The notes: a model not told the origin generated them from the sequence alone. 64,000 bases of DNA from an uncultured Planctomycetota bacterium (GCA_963823665.1 CAWGMQ010000003.1:704001-768000); one strand, 5' to 3'. Positions 43,888 through 54,468 are shown, numbered from the stretch's first letter. Numbers and translations are program-made.

Positions 43888-45315
43888 TCAATGATGAAAG
43901 TGGCCAGATCCACCTGCCTCGGCTCCGCCCTCGGCGCGAACCTTCTCCTGGTCCGCGGGCAGATAGCGCGATCCGATCAAGAACAGCACGAATCCGATTA
44001 CCAGGACCGGAATAACCGACAGCATGCCGACGCTCAGGTTCGTCACGCCCTCTGGCAAGGTGGGATCGTTCACCGGCGCAGCACCGATCGACGCGAAGAA
44101 CCGTCCGACCGGTGATTCCGCCACCGCTGGATTACCAAACGTCGTCGATATCTTGCCGACCAGGATCGGCGAACTGATGTCGCCGAGCAAGTGAATCAAG
44201 AATATGAATACCGAATAAGCCATTGCTCGACGCTGAGCCGGCACCACGTTCGCGGTGACGGTGTTCGAGGGCCCAAGCACCATTGCCATCAGGATCGAGG
44301 CGGCGAACATCAGTCCCATCGAGGGCCCGTACCGCGGAAAGAGAATCCCGGCCGCCGCAAGTGGGATCGCGCCCAGCACGGCGAACGCGCACAGTAGCAA
44401 GTAGGCTCGCTTGGTGAGACGCTGCAGGAGATCGGGCACGACCATTCCCAGGCCGATGCCGATCAGCCCTGCCATAACGAGCAACAGGCCGATCCATTTG
44501 CCGGCTTCCGTTGCCGAGATATTGAATTCACGCTGATAGAAGGTCGAGCCCCACGCCGCGTAAGCACCGGTCGCGAATGTGACGGCGGCCATACCCGCCG
44601 TGTTGAACAGGAAGGTCTTCGTCTTGAGTAGATCGATGTACTCGCCCAGCGCGGCTCCAGACACCTTCACTGGCCGGGCTGCTCCCTCGGCGGCGCCGCG
44701 GCCCGGATCGAATAGCACCAGCCCCGCTAGCGCGGCCAAAAGACCCGGAAGACCGACAACGAAAAAGACTGCCTGCCAGTGCCACATGTCGGCGATCGTG
44801 CCACCCACGAGGAAGCCCAGAGCCGTCCCGACAGGCAGGCCCAGGTAGTAGACCCCCATCGCCCGCCCGCGCTGACTGGCCGGAAACAAATCCGAGAGGA
44901 GCGCAGGCGCGATCACCCCGTAACTGGCCTCTCCCACCCCCAGAAGTGCCCGCCAGAAGAACATGTGCCCGAAATTGCCGGAAAACCCCGCGCCCACGGT
45001 CGCGACGCTCCACAACCCCACGCCGCCGGCCAGCAGCAGCTTCCGGTTGAAACGATCGCCGAGCCAGCCCATGGGCGGTGAAATGAGCGTATAAACGATC
45101 ATGAACGAGCCGCCGAGCACACCGAACCAGTAATCGTCTATATGTAAGTCTCTTTGAATATGCGACCCGGCCGCGAAGAACGCATAACGATCCACGTAAT
45201 TCAGCAGATTCATCGTGAAGAGAACGGCGAGCGCAAAGTACTTGCCGCCGATCGTGGGAAGCTGCTGGGATTTTTTTGCCGGCGCCTCTGCCGACCGGGA
45301 ACTCGCGGAGCTCAT
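43888..45315 (-). CDS. MFS transporter (spinster-like)
   Basis: NLLNYVDR, GWLGDRFNRK, RALLGVGEASY, many transmembrane segments. Confidence 0.92.
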   Translation of the reverse strand: MSSASSRSAEAPAKKSQQLPTIGGKYFALAVLFTMNLLNYVDRYAFFAAGSHIQRDLHIDDYWFGVLGGSFMIVYTLISPPMGWLGDRFNRKLLLAGGVGLWSVATVGAGFSGNFGHMFFWRALLGVGEASYGVIAPALLSDLFPASQRGRAMGVYYLGLPVGTALGFLVGGTIADMWHWQAVFFVVGLPGLLAALAGLVLFDPGRGAAEGAARPVKVSGAALGEYIDLLKTKTFLFNTAGMAAVTFATGAYAAWGSTFYQREFNISATEAGKWIGLLLVMAGLIGIGLGMVVPDLLQRLTKRAYLLLCAFAVLGAIPLAAAGILFPRYGPSMGLMFAASILMAMVLGPSNTVTANVVPAQRRAMAYSVFIFLIHLLGDISSPILVGKISTTFGNPAVAESPVGRFFASIGAAPVNDPTLPEGVTNLSVGMLSVIPVLVIGFVLFLIGSRYLPADQEKVRAEGGAEAGGSGHFHH

Positions 45316-45462
45316 TCCGAAAATGCCTCGTCGTGAATGGGAAATTGATCGGGAATGATCGACTGGCGAAACGGCGGAAAGTCCGGTCGCTGGCTCACTC
45401 AGTGTCGCGGAATCCGCCCGGACGCCCCGTCAGAGCAATCGATCTGTTTGTGGGAACGAGGT

Positions 45463-46305
45463 TCACATCGACTCGGCCGCCTCGACCGCTCCCGAAGGGA
45501 AATAATCATAGCGGGCGCACTGCGAAAAGAAGGCAAGCGGATTGTCGTGCACTACCTTCCTGATGAGTGCCTCATCATGGCCCCGTCGCCGCATCTCGAA
45601 GATGAATTCCGGCACCGCAAGCGGATCGCTGTGCCCCCAGTCGCCGGCCGAATTCACCATGATCCGCTCGGTCCCATAAATCTCAATCATGTCCGCAGCC
45701 CGCGCCGGCGTGCACTTGGTGATCGGATAAAGCGTCATTCCCACCCAGTGCCCACACTCGAGCGCATCGCGAATCGTGTGCTCTTCGACGTGGTCGATGC
45801 ACACTCGCTCCGGATGGATCCGCTGGTCGCTCCGCAGCATGTCGAGTATCATACGCGTGCCCTGGTATTTATCAATCAGGTGCGGCGTGTGCACAAGAAC
45901 GAGCTCTTGCGTCCGCGCGGCCAGGTCCAGGTGTTCGAAGAACACCGTCGCCTCGTTTCGAGTGTTCTTGTTCAGACCGATCTCCCCGATCCCGAGCACG
46001 CGTTCCTTGTGCAGGAACTCGGGGATCATGGCAATCACCTCCCGCGAAAGCGCGACGTTCTCCGCCTCCTTGGCGTTGATGCAGAGCCAGCAGTGATGCT
46101 CGATCCCGTAAAGGGCCGCCCGCTTCGGCTCAAACTCGGTCAACTGCCGGAAGTAATCGCGAAACCCCAGCACGCCCGACCGATCGAACCCTGCCCAGAA
46201 CGCCGGTTCGCTCACGAACACACACCCGGCCAGCGCCATCCGCTTGTAGTCGTCGGTCACACGCGAAACCATGTGGATATGCGGGTCAACGTATCGCATA
46301 GTCAA
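45463..46305 (-). CDS. TatD-family hydrolase (EboB-like)
   Basis: DPHIHMVSRVTDDY, GIGEIGL, VHTPH, DHVEE, NSAGDWG. Confidence 0.88.
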   Translation of the reverse strand: MTMRYVDPHIHMVSRVTDDYKRMALAGCVFVSEPAFWAGFDRSGVLGFRDYFRQLTEFEPKRAALYGIEHHCWLCINAKEAENVALSREVIAMIPEFLHKERVLGIGEIGLNKNTRNEATVFFEHLDLAARTQELVLVHTPHLIDKYQGTRMILDMLRSDQRIHPERVCIDHVEEHTIRDALECGHWVGMTLYPITKCTPARAADMIEIYGTERIMVNSAGDWGHSDPLAVPEFIFEMRRRGHDEALIRKVVHDNPLAFFSQCARYDYFPSGAVEAAESM

Positions 46306-46340
46306 TGTTGACTCCTGAATCGGTTCCTCAGCAGATTGAT

Positions 46341-46847
46341 CTAAGCATAGCTATCGAAACGTGCAATCGCGTGATTGACGAATTCGATTAACTTTCGGCC
46401 CTTCCCCGTGTTAGTCAACTCGTTCCGCAACCCAAAGTTATGACCAACAGGGCAATGGGCAGGTGCGCCGTGCGGCCAGGGATACTCCGGGTTTGGCCCG
46501 TCGCCGGCTTCTGCAGGTGCGATATTCTGCAAGGAATAGGCCAGCGTCTTGATGCTTCGCACCCAATCGTACAGAGCTTGACGTCGACTGAAGGTCAGAA
46601 TGATCGCGATCCGGTCGAGCTCGGTGTCACGCCGATCAAGAAGCGCCTTGAGGAAGCGAACGAATCCTGTGTGGCTTCTTGGGGGGGCATGTCCCGAACG
46701 CCAGAGATACGCCTTGCTGAGCTTCTCCGTCGCCATTTGTAGGTAGTGCAGCAAGTGGCACTCGGGGCCGCCGTTGCGGCGCAGCTGGACGAAGATCGAA
46801 TGGTCTGATCGAGCCTGTTTCCACCAGAGGTCTTGCGCCGCATTCAT
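46341..46847 (-). CDS. HEPN-like protein
   Basis: WWKQARSD...HYLQMATEKLSKAYL...RSH...EYP parallels the HEPN pattern W..A..D / QQA.EK.LKA / tH / RYP. Confidence 0.6.
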   Translation of the reverse strand: MNAAQDLWWKQARSDHSIFVQLRRNGGPECHLLHYLQMATEKLSKAYLWRSGHAPPRSHTGFVRFLKALLDRRDTELDRIAIILTFSRRQALYDWVRSIKTLAYSLQNIAPAEAGDGPNPEYPWPHGAPAHCPVGHNFGLRNELTNTGKGRKLIEFVNHAIARFDSYA

Positions 46848-46853
46848 GATCAG

Positions 46854-47189
46854 TCACCGCCGTCCAAGTTCCTGGCTGCCGTCGAGTGTCCACCCGGCTG
46901 GCAGGCGCATTTGCCCGGCCTGAATTGCCTGCCATTGAGCAGGTGTCACGTCGAGAACATAAAGCGTATGGGCGTCAGCACCACCGATATCCACGCCAAA
47001 GTCGATAGGTTCCGGTTGCGTCGTTTCCGAGATCATCCGGTTGATCTCCAAAAAACGAATCTCTCGAGCGGGTGAATTCGTTGGCAAGTACAGAATTCGT
47101 ACAACTCCATCATCAATCTCCATGTGCCGCTGCGCGTACCACTTGGCGCGGTTGTCGCGGTCAAATGCGTTTACCGTCGTGCCAACCAT
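46854..47189 (-). CDS. Small hypothetical protein, possibly a divergent MNT-like partner of the HEPN gene
   Basis: 111 aa, ending 6 bp before the HEPN-like gene; ILYL...EIRFLEI...LYVLDVTPAQWQAI. Confidence 0.5.
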   Translation of the reverse strand: MVGTTVNAFDRDNRAKWYAQRHMEIDDGVVRILYLPTNSPAREIRFLEINRMISETTQPEPIDFGVDIGGADAHTLYVLDVTPAQWQAIQAGQMRLPAGWTLDGSQELGRR

Positions 47190-47207
47190 GACTTGGATCC
47201 CCGAGGC

Positions 47208-47495
47208 CTAAGAATGCGAATTCGATCGCGGCCCGTTCACATTCATTTTCCTGCGCCAATCGCGGTCATACTCAAGCGAAAAAATATGCTGGACCGTTTC
47301 TGCCCGCCCGGGCCCGGGCTCGAGCAGCGCCTCGAGCCCGCGCCGAAGCTGCCCCAGGCGCGCATCCGGATGCTCCCCGTGCCGCGCCGGCGCACGGTCG
47401 ATCCGGTCAAGCGTCGCCGCAATCTCGAGGATCTTGCAACGGGTCTCGAGAAAATCGTGGTCGAGCACATCCATCGCATCACGCGGTTTCTGCAT
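47208..47495 (-). CDS. Conserved planctomycete hypothetical protein
   Basis: VLDHDFLETRCKILEIAATLDRIDR...RAETVQHIFSLEYD; GGAGG upstream. Confidence 0.75.
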   Translation of the reverse strand: MQKPRDAMDVLDHDFLETRCKILEIAATLDRIDRAPARHGEHPDARLGQLRRGLEALLEPGPGRAETVQHIFSLEYDRDWRRKMNVNGPRSNSHS

Positions 47496-47803
47496 GAGAG
47501 CCGTTCCTCCGCACGCTGTCAGGTTCGACACTATCATGGCAAAACCGGGCACGACATGCAAATTCTGACAAACCCGATGATCGGTCTTCCGGCGACCCTT
47601 GGATGAAGGAGCCCCGCGCCGAACGAGGTGGCCAAGGAAAAGGTTGAAAATAACTTTCCGGAATCGTCGACCCTTGCTCCGTGAGGGAACGAGCCTTCGC
47701 GGAACGAAGGCCGACAAAGGTTTTCGGCCGGCGCCTAAGTCACGTCGCCCCTTTCACTTCGAGTTCGAGCGGCGCGATCCGGCGAATGGCGACGGTCGCG
47801 GTT

Positions 47804-49144
47804 TCAAACCGTCGCCGTCGTGTAAAGGGATTCGATCCGCTGGCCCGAGCACAGCCGTAGCGGCCGGCCGAATCGGTCGCGAAGCTCGGTGGCCGGGTCC
47901 ACACCCAGGGCGTGATAGATTGTCGCCGCGACGTCTGGCGGACCGAAGCTGCGCGAAACTGGATGTGCCCCAAGCTTGTCCGACTTGCCGATCAACTGCC
48001 CCCCGTTCACCCCGGCACCGGCAAACACAGCGGGAAAAACCGCCGGCCAGTGATCTCGCCCAGGTACGGCATCGGGCGTCAAACGCGAGATCCTGGGCGT
48101 ACGCCCGAACTCACCCAGCATCACAACCAAGGTCTCTTCGAGCAGCCCGCGCACACTGAGGTCGTCGAGCAGCGCAGATACCGCTTGATCCAACCGCGGC
48201 AGCAAGTCGTCCCGGAGTCGAGGAAAATTGGCGACGTGCGTATCCCAGGTCTGGACAATGCCCATTGTCGCCTGAACGACCGGCACTCCCGATTCGACTA
48301 GTCGACGCGCCAGGAGAAGCGACCGGCCGAAAAGATGGGACCCGTACCGCTGCACCAGCCGGGGGTCTTCACGCTCGAGATCGAGCGCTCGGCCGACGCT
48401 CCCATCGCACAAAAGCGCGATCGCGGCGTCTTGCTGCTCGAGAAACGCTTCGTCCGCCACGGCCCGGGCCGTCTGGCTCAAAAGATGTCGGCGCGCATGC
48501 ACACGCGCCGGATCAACACCCGCGGGCAGCCTCAAGCTGTCGTCCGGCGCGTCTGGACGCCCAGCGTCGAGCCGAAGCTGCCACGGGTCGTGTCGCGTTC
48601 CGAGGAATCCCGCGTCCTGCCCGGGCCAGGTGAGCGGCCCCTCGACCAACCGCAATGGGAGCGCCACACCGCTCGGAACGCCATCCCGGCGCCGTTTGAA
48701 CACGTCGACGACCGCCGCGTAGCACGGGAAATCATCCCGCGACGCAACCCGGTCAAGGTCCGTCGCCCCGCGCGGAGTCGATGCCTGGCCGGTCAACACC
48801 CGATGCACGGCCGGCAGGTGATTGCCCTCGGAATGAGACATCGAACGGACAATCGCCAGGTTGCTCGCTCGCACGGCCAGTTGCGGCAAGTGCTCGCAGA
48901 TCCTGACCCCGGCGACCGCTGTGTCGATCGGCTTGAACTCGCCGCGAATCCCCTCCGGCGCCTCGGGCTTCATGTCGAACGAATCGTGCTGCCCCAACCC
49001 CCCACTCAGAAGGATCACGATAACCGACCGAGCCCGGCCGGTCGCCGCTGGCGCGCCGCCGGCCTCGCGAGCAGCCAGTAGCCGCGGAAGCGCTAACCCC
49101 AATAGACCCGAATACCCAATCTGCAAGAACGACCGGCGTTGCAT
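47804..49144 (-). CDS. DUF1501 protein
   Basis: RRSFLQIG, FDMKP...IRGEF, WDTH, GEFGRTP, GRDHW. Confidence 0.92.
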   Translation of the reverse strand: MQRRSFLQIGYSGLLGLALPRLLAAREAGGAPAATGRARSVIVILLSGGLGQHDSFDMKPEAPEGIRGEFKPIDTAVAGVRICEHLPQLAVRASNLAIVRSMSHSEGNHLPAVHRVLTGQASTPRGATDLDRVASRDDFPCYAAVVDVFKRRRDGVPSGVALPLRLVEGPLTWPGQDAGFLGTRHDPWQLRLDAGRPDAPDDSLRLPAGVDPARVHARRHLLSQTARAVADEAFLEQQDAAIALLCDGSVGRALDLEREDPRLVQRYGSHLFGRSLLLARRLVESGVPVVQATMGIVQTWDTHVANFPRLRDDLLPRLDQAVSALLDDLSVRGLLEETLVVMLGEFGRTPRISRLTPDAVPGRDHWPAVFPAVFAGAGVNGGQLIGKSDKLGAHPVSRSFGPPDVAATIYHALGVDPATELRDRFGRPLRLCSGQRIESLYTTATV

Positions 49145-49410
49145 CACCGCGCTCCCTCCCAGGCCGAAGCACCACCTACGTTCTTCCACATCAACCCGCC
49201 GGCGATGACCGAGCTCTCGTCGAAATCCAAACTCAATCGTAAACCCACGACTAGAAGTTTAACAATTGATTCGCATTCGTCCAGCGAATGTCAAACCACG
49301 ACCGGTGGCCGGTGGTTTTCCGTGGGTGGCGGATGTAACTTGTACAGATCGCCCCGTGAACGGGAGCGGCCCCGGCTGGCCTACTGCGGTATCCTGAGGG
49401 TTCATTGACC

Positions 49411-50643
49411 ATGCGTAATCCCATCGTGACGACGGCGTTCTGCAGTCTCGGCGTGATATCGCTCACGGCGACCTTCTTTTTTGCCGGAGATAAGGACAAC
49501 CTCATCTCCTGGAAAAGAACGGTGATCGAGGGAAAGTTCCGGTCCGAGGGGGTCGTCGTCGCCGACGTCAACAAAGACGGTAAGCTCGACATCATGATTG
49601 GCGACTCATGGTACGAAGCCCCGTCGTGGACCAAGCACGATATTCGCAAGCCAGGCGATTTCGGCGATGGGCTCAAGAGCTACAGCAATTGCATGACCTG
49701 CTGGACCGAAGATGTCAACGGCGATGGCTGGGCCGACCAGATCGTCGTCGGCTTTCCGGGCGTGCCCACCCTCTGGTACGAGAATCCCAAAGGCAAACCC
49801 GGATACTGGCCCGAACATGTGGCCTGGCATAGCTCGTGTAATGAAACGCCGCTCTATACCGATCTCTTCGGCGACGGTCACCGCGTCTTGCTCATGGGAT
49901 GGCAGCCCAAAGGCAAAGCCAACGAAGGCCAGATGGCCTGGTTCACGCCGGGAAGCGACCCCACGAGCGCCTGGGAAATGCACCCGGTCAGCGAGCCCAG
50001 CTCCCCCGGCAATATCATTCCGGGGACCTCCCAGTTCTCGCACGGTCTCGGCACGGGCGACTTGAACGGCGACGGACGCCAGGACGTCATTTGCACTGGC
50101 GGATGGTGGGAACAACCCGAATCCGGCCGCAGCAGTAGCACTCCCTGGACCTTCCACCCAGCCAAGCTCGGCGACGCTGTCGCAGACATGATCGTGTACG
50201 ACGTGAATCAAGACGGGAAAGCCGACGTCATCGCCAGCTCCGCCCACCAGTTCGGAATCTGGTGGTTCGAGCGAACCGGCGAGAAGGACGGCGACACCGC
50301 CTTCGTCAAACATGACCTCTTCCCGAATCTGGTCTCTGAAACCCATGCCCTGATCGCCGCCGACATCAACCGCGATGGCCTCAAGGACTTGATCACTGGA
50401 AAACGGTTCTGGTCGCACGGCCGCCACGAAGCTGGGTCCGATCAGCCCGCCCGACTTTACTGGTTCGAGGCCGTAAAAGGTGCCGACGGCAAGATTTCCT
50501 TCACCCCGCGTGAAATCGACGACCAGAGTGGCATCGGCACGCAGTTCGTCGTCACCGACTTCAACGGCGACGGCCTGCTCGACATCGTCACTGCAAACAA
50601 GAAGGGCGTCTTCCTCATCGAGCAAGTCAGCCAGGGTCAATGA
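49411..50643 (+). CDS. FG-GAP/VCBS repeat secreted protein
   Basis: Repeated DxNxDGxxD motifs. Confidence 0.9.
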   Translation: MRNPIVTTAFCSLGVISLTATFFFAGDKDNLISWKRTVIEGKFRSEGVVVADVNKDGKLDIMIGDSWYEAPSWTKHDIRKPGDFGDGLKSYSNCMTCWTEDVNGDGWADQIVVGFPGVPTLWYENPKGKPGYWPEHVAWHSSCNETPLYTDLFGDGHRVLLMGWQPKGKANEGQMAWFTPGSDPTSAWEMHPVSEPSSPGNIIPGTSQFSHGLGTGDLNGDGRQDVICTGGWWEQPESGRSSSTPWTFHPAKLGDAVADMIVYDVNQDGKADVIASSAHQFGIWWFERTGEKDGDTAFVKHDLFPNLVSETHALIAADINRDGLKDLITGKRFWSHGRHEAGSDQPARLYWFEAVKGADGKISFTPREIDDQSGIGTQFVVTDFNGDGLLDIVTANKKGVFLIEQVSQGQ

Positions 50644-50782
50644 AAACGAAAATCCAGAATTGCCCGTGCTTGGCTTCCCTGCGCGATCTGTTATCCTGGA
50701 ACCGATCCGCAGAACACTCGATTTGCAGGTAAGACAGGTAAGAAATGACGTACTCCTTAGCCGAACATGAAGGAGGCTAACC

Positions 50783-52052
50783 ATGCGCTTAACAGGATTC
50801 CGTCTGCCGCTCCTGGCCGCATTAGCATCGGCGAGCGTCGGACTCTTCGTCTGGGCGACGGATCGAACCTATGGCGACACGCTCGTCGTGCTCCCGACGA
50901 GTGCGACGATTTCCGTTTCGAGCCCGTACGTCGTACCCACTTCGTACGTCGTACCGTCGAGTTACTTGATTCCCAGCTACGTGGAGACATCGTACAGCGT
51001 ATCGCCTACGGTCAGCCTGTGGCCCACTGGCTATGTCGAGACGACCTATAGACGGGGTCTTTTCGGCCGGCGCTGGATTGTCGAGCGACCGGTGATTGCA
51101 GCCTACCCGACAGCGTATGTTCCGACGACATACGTCTCTTCCTATCTGCCGACGACGTACGTTTCTTCCTACGTGCCGACGACGTACGTGTCGCCCACCT
51201 ACTACTCGACCGCGTATCGCGTGCGGAGCTATCGCCCGACAACTTACACTTATTATCCCACGCTCTATGAAACCGCTTACACGAGCGCCGGCGAATATCT
51301 GCTGCGATACGGTGGTGGTCGACTCGACTGTCCGCTCGGTGCCGCAATCGAATGCCGCGGTGTCCCGAGGCAGGGAAGTCGGGTCTAGCTCGATGGACGG
51401 CGACACCTATGATGCTTACGTCAAACAGCCATTGCCGGAGGAGATGCGAGAGCGGCGATCGACGGCGCCGGGCGGTGCGGCGAATAGCCCAACCAAGGCC
51501 AACACGAATGGCGCCGATAGCCCGCCCAACCCCCCCTTACCCGCAGACGAAGATGCCGCGCGCAAAGCCGCCGCAACCAAGGGTCAGGGAGGCGCGGCGG
51601 CAGTGCCGAAGAACGAGCCAGCGAAAAACGCCGGAGGAGCACCCGCGACCAAGAAAGCAGCCCCGGCAGACAACCCAGACCCGGATCTGCAGCTCGCACC
51701 TGCCGGAGATGAAGGTGTTCTTCGGCGCGATTCGATGAGGCCGACCTATGCGCGGGTGCGACCGGCTGCCCGGCGAAACATCCTGTTTGGCACGGTTGAA
51801 ACCGACAACGGCGTTCCGCGCAGCGAAGTGCCGGTGATCGTCGTCAATCGGAGCAACACGTTTATCCGGCACAGCGGCGCGAGCGACGCATTCGGCACGT
51901 TCGCCATCAGGGTGCCTGACGGCCAGTGGGTCGTGAGGGTCACCATGCCCAGCGGAAACTTGCAGTCCGTCCGCAGCATCACCGTCACGGACGGGAAGGT
52001 CGTGGACAATCAGGAAGGACGCGAGGTCCAGAACCTGATCATCTCGTTCTGA
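50783..52052 (+). CDS. Secreted protein: Tyr/Thr/Ser/Val/Pro-rich repeats, Pro/Ala linker and C-terminal beta-sandwich; frameshift near 51295
   Basis: Signal peptide and YVPTTYVSS repeats; ORF 51096-52052 supplies GTVE...SDAFGTFAIRVPDG. Confidence 0.7.
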
Positions 52053-52088
52053 CCCGCTTCCGTGAACTCGTGCCGGCCGGAGAAAACA

Positions 52089-52343
52089 ATGGACGAAGTG
52101 CGCGACACCCTCCTTTGCGAGGTCGCCAACGAGATCGAAGCCGCCATGGTCGTGAATCTGCTCACCGAAAATGAAGTCCCTGCGCACAGTGACGCCAGCC
52201 AGGCAGGGAACGCGTTCGGCGGCTTGCCGTTCGAGTCCGGCCACAAGGTGTATGTCGCCGCTTCGCTGGCTCGGAAGGCCCGGGAAATCCTGGAAAGCTA
52301 CCCGCATTTCAAGAAGCTCCGCAACGTCCACGAACCTGACTGA
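52089..52343 (+). CDS. DUF2007-like small protein
   Basis: VANEIEAAMVVNLLTENEVPA...KVYV...ARKAREIL. Confidence 0.75.
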   Translation: MDEVRDTLLCEVANEIEAAMVVNLLTENEVPAHSDASQAGNAFGGLPFESGHKVYVAASLARKAREILESYPHFKKLRNVHEPD

Positions 52344-52374
52344 CCCGGACCGCTCCAATCAGTCCCGCCTACCC

Positions 52375-53540
52375 ATGGCTCACGACGTGCAAACACCGCT
52401 GCGCGTTTGTTACGTCGTGAGCTACTTCCACCCTTTTGAAAGCGGGGCAGAGCGCCAGGCCCTCGCGCAAGGCTCCGAGCTCGCCCGGCGCGGGCATTCG
52501 GTTCATGTGGTCACCAAGGCCATCCCCGGATACCCGGTTCACGACGAGGAACATCGCGGAGTTTTCATCCATCGCTGGGTCAAAACCATCTCGGGCGGCC
52601 CACTATTCGCGATCAGCTTCCTCACCGGCATCATCAAAGCACTCCGCCGCCTGCGCTCGGAAGTGGACGTGATTCACACTCATCAGGCACTCTGGGAAGC
52701 CGTCGCGACGGGGCTGGCTCGGCCGCTGCTGCGCGGCACGCCGACGCTGGTGCAGCCCGCGAGCGCAGGCTATTACGGTGAGGCCGCAGGAGCTACGCCG
52801 GACCCGTGGCTCGGCGCACGCTCAAACGGGCGATCTTCGCCAACACGGGCTTCGCCGCGATTTCCGCAGAGATCGAGCGCGAGTGGCAAGCTCTCGGCGT
52901 CTCTCCGAACCGGATCGTGCTCATGGCCAGCGGCGTCGATGCCGAGCAATTCCGTCCAGGCCCGAGCGCCGTCGAAGACCGCCTTCTCCCGCGCCCTCGT
53001 GTGCTCTTCACCGGCCGGCTTCATCCCCAGAAGAATATTCCCCTTTTGCTTGAGGCTTGGTCCAAACTCGCCCCGAATCGTCCCGGCAGTCTGATCCTGG
53101 TCGGCCCCGGCGACGACCGCCAGCGTCTGGAAGCGCTCGCCGCATCGCTTGGCGTCGCCGGCCGCGTTCAATTTACCGGCGGCGTGGACAACCCGGCCGA
53201 GTACCTCCGAGCCGCCGACGTGTTTGTACTCCCGAGCGTGGCGGAAGGCATGAGCAACTCCCTGCTAGAGGCGATGGCAACCGCCCTGCCGTGTGCCGTT
53301 TCCGGAATTGGCGGCAACACCGACCTGATCGAAGACGGCACGACCGGCCGGCTGGTCACCGACGCAACGCCGCAGGCGTGGACACGAATCCTGGCGGAGC
53401 TTCTAGACCACCCCTCCCAATCCCAGCATCTGGGTGAAGCCGCCCGTCGCAGGATCGACGAAGAGTTCGCCCTGAACGTTGTCGTCGACCGCTATGTCGC
53501 CCTTTATCGAGAGATGCTCGCGCACGCCTGGCCCAGATGA
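52375..53540 (+). CDS. Glycosyltransferase family 4, frameshift near 52785
   Basis: SGAERQA...GHSVHV / GRLHPQKN...LPSVAEGMSNSLLEAMA. Confidence 0.9.
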
Positions 53541-53566
53541 GTTCGATACTCCGTTCCCGACTCGAC

Positions 53567-53616
53567 CCGGGAGGGCGAAGCTCGGCCCGGGAGGGCGAAG
53601 CTCCTGCTGAGCCGCG
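53567..53616 (+). repeat. REP-like element with partial tandem duplication
   Basis: Two copies of CCCGGGAGGGCGAAGCTC, then CTGCTGAGCCGC. Confidence 0.65.
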
Positions 53617-53712
53617 CACAAGCGACGGCCTCCCTCGATCCGACGCTCAGCGTCGGAACGCACTCTTCGACGCTCTGCGTCGTCGGCCCGTCTGGTCCAC
53701 CCCGCCGGGGGA

Positions 53713-53766
53713 AGTTCGTTTTGTATATTCGCCGCGCGTCCTTTCCCCATAAGGGTTAAGGGAACA
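53713..53766 (-). repeat. 54-bp repeat, identical to 54065-54118
   Basis: AGTTCGTTTTGTATATTCGCCGCGCGTCCTTTCCCCATAAGGGTTAAGGGAACA; reverse-complement relative of the copies at 22661 and 24050. Confidence 0.9.
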
Positions 53767-54064
53767 AACCCCTCCAGGCATTCCTCCCTCCGCGTGGGAA
53801 TGGTGCCGCCGCAGGCGGCGGAGGGGCGCGCAGGGCAGACCGCTCAGCCCAGCTTCCGCGCACGGTCAGTTTCCGTTCCGCCCGAAACCGAGCGTCCCCG
53901 TCGAGCTGGCTTCCGCCGAACTTCGCCCACTATCGCCCGTCGCTGCGCGAAGTATCCCCCTCGTTCCGGTGCTCCGCGTCGGAACGTCCCCCCGGCCGCT
54001 CCGCGGCGACCTCAACGTCGACACCCGCTTGTCCGCGCTGCGCCCTCGATCTCCTCGATCCCAC

Positions 54065-54118
54065 AGTTCGTTTTGTATATTCGCCGCGCGTCCTTTCCCC
54101 ATAAGGGTTAAGGGAACA
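54065..54118 (-). repeat. 54-bp repeat, second identical copy
   Basis: Exact match to 53713-53766. Confidence 0.9.
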
Positions 54119-54342
54119 GCACGCTGCAGCTCCGCTCGTCGAAAGCGGCTCGGCAGACGTTAGCCCGTTGTTGCTCTTCCCTCCGCGGAAGTGCGACGTT
54201 CTCGGTAAGCCATTTGGCGACGACGACCTGACCCACGAGCACGTGCTCGCCGGCCTCGCCCACCGAGACGGCCGCCTGAGAGCGGGACGCTCGCTCTCTC
54301 AAGGTCGGAGAACGCAAAAAACAGTTTGCAAGGCCCCCGATT

Positions 54343-54468
54343 GTGCGCCACATGCGCCACAGCCTTGCGGCGATTGGAGTTAGGTGTGGCGCAGGAATAA
54401 TCGGGCGCGCACGGACTCAACAGAACGCCATGTCCTTCTGCGAGTTACGTGTGGCGCAGGAATAATCG
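54343..54468 (+). repeat. Two inverted-arm units (GCGCCAC...GTGGCGC-AGGAATAATCG)
   Basis: GAGTTA(G/C)GTGTGGCGCAGGAATAATCG occurs twice; the first unit has complete arms and a 25-bp spacer. Confidence 0.75.

Noticed and set aside
45463..46305. TatD as part of a QatABCD-type defence system
   Set aside because: The motifs fit the EboB-like subfamily and no qatA-C neighbours are present.
53713..54118. Two identical 54-bp repeats as a CRISPR array
   Set aside because: Only two copies, a gap of about 300 bp, no cas genes, and dispersed relatives elsewhere in the window.
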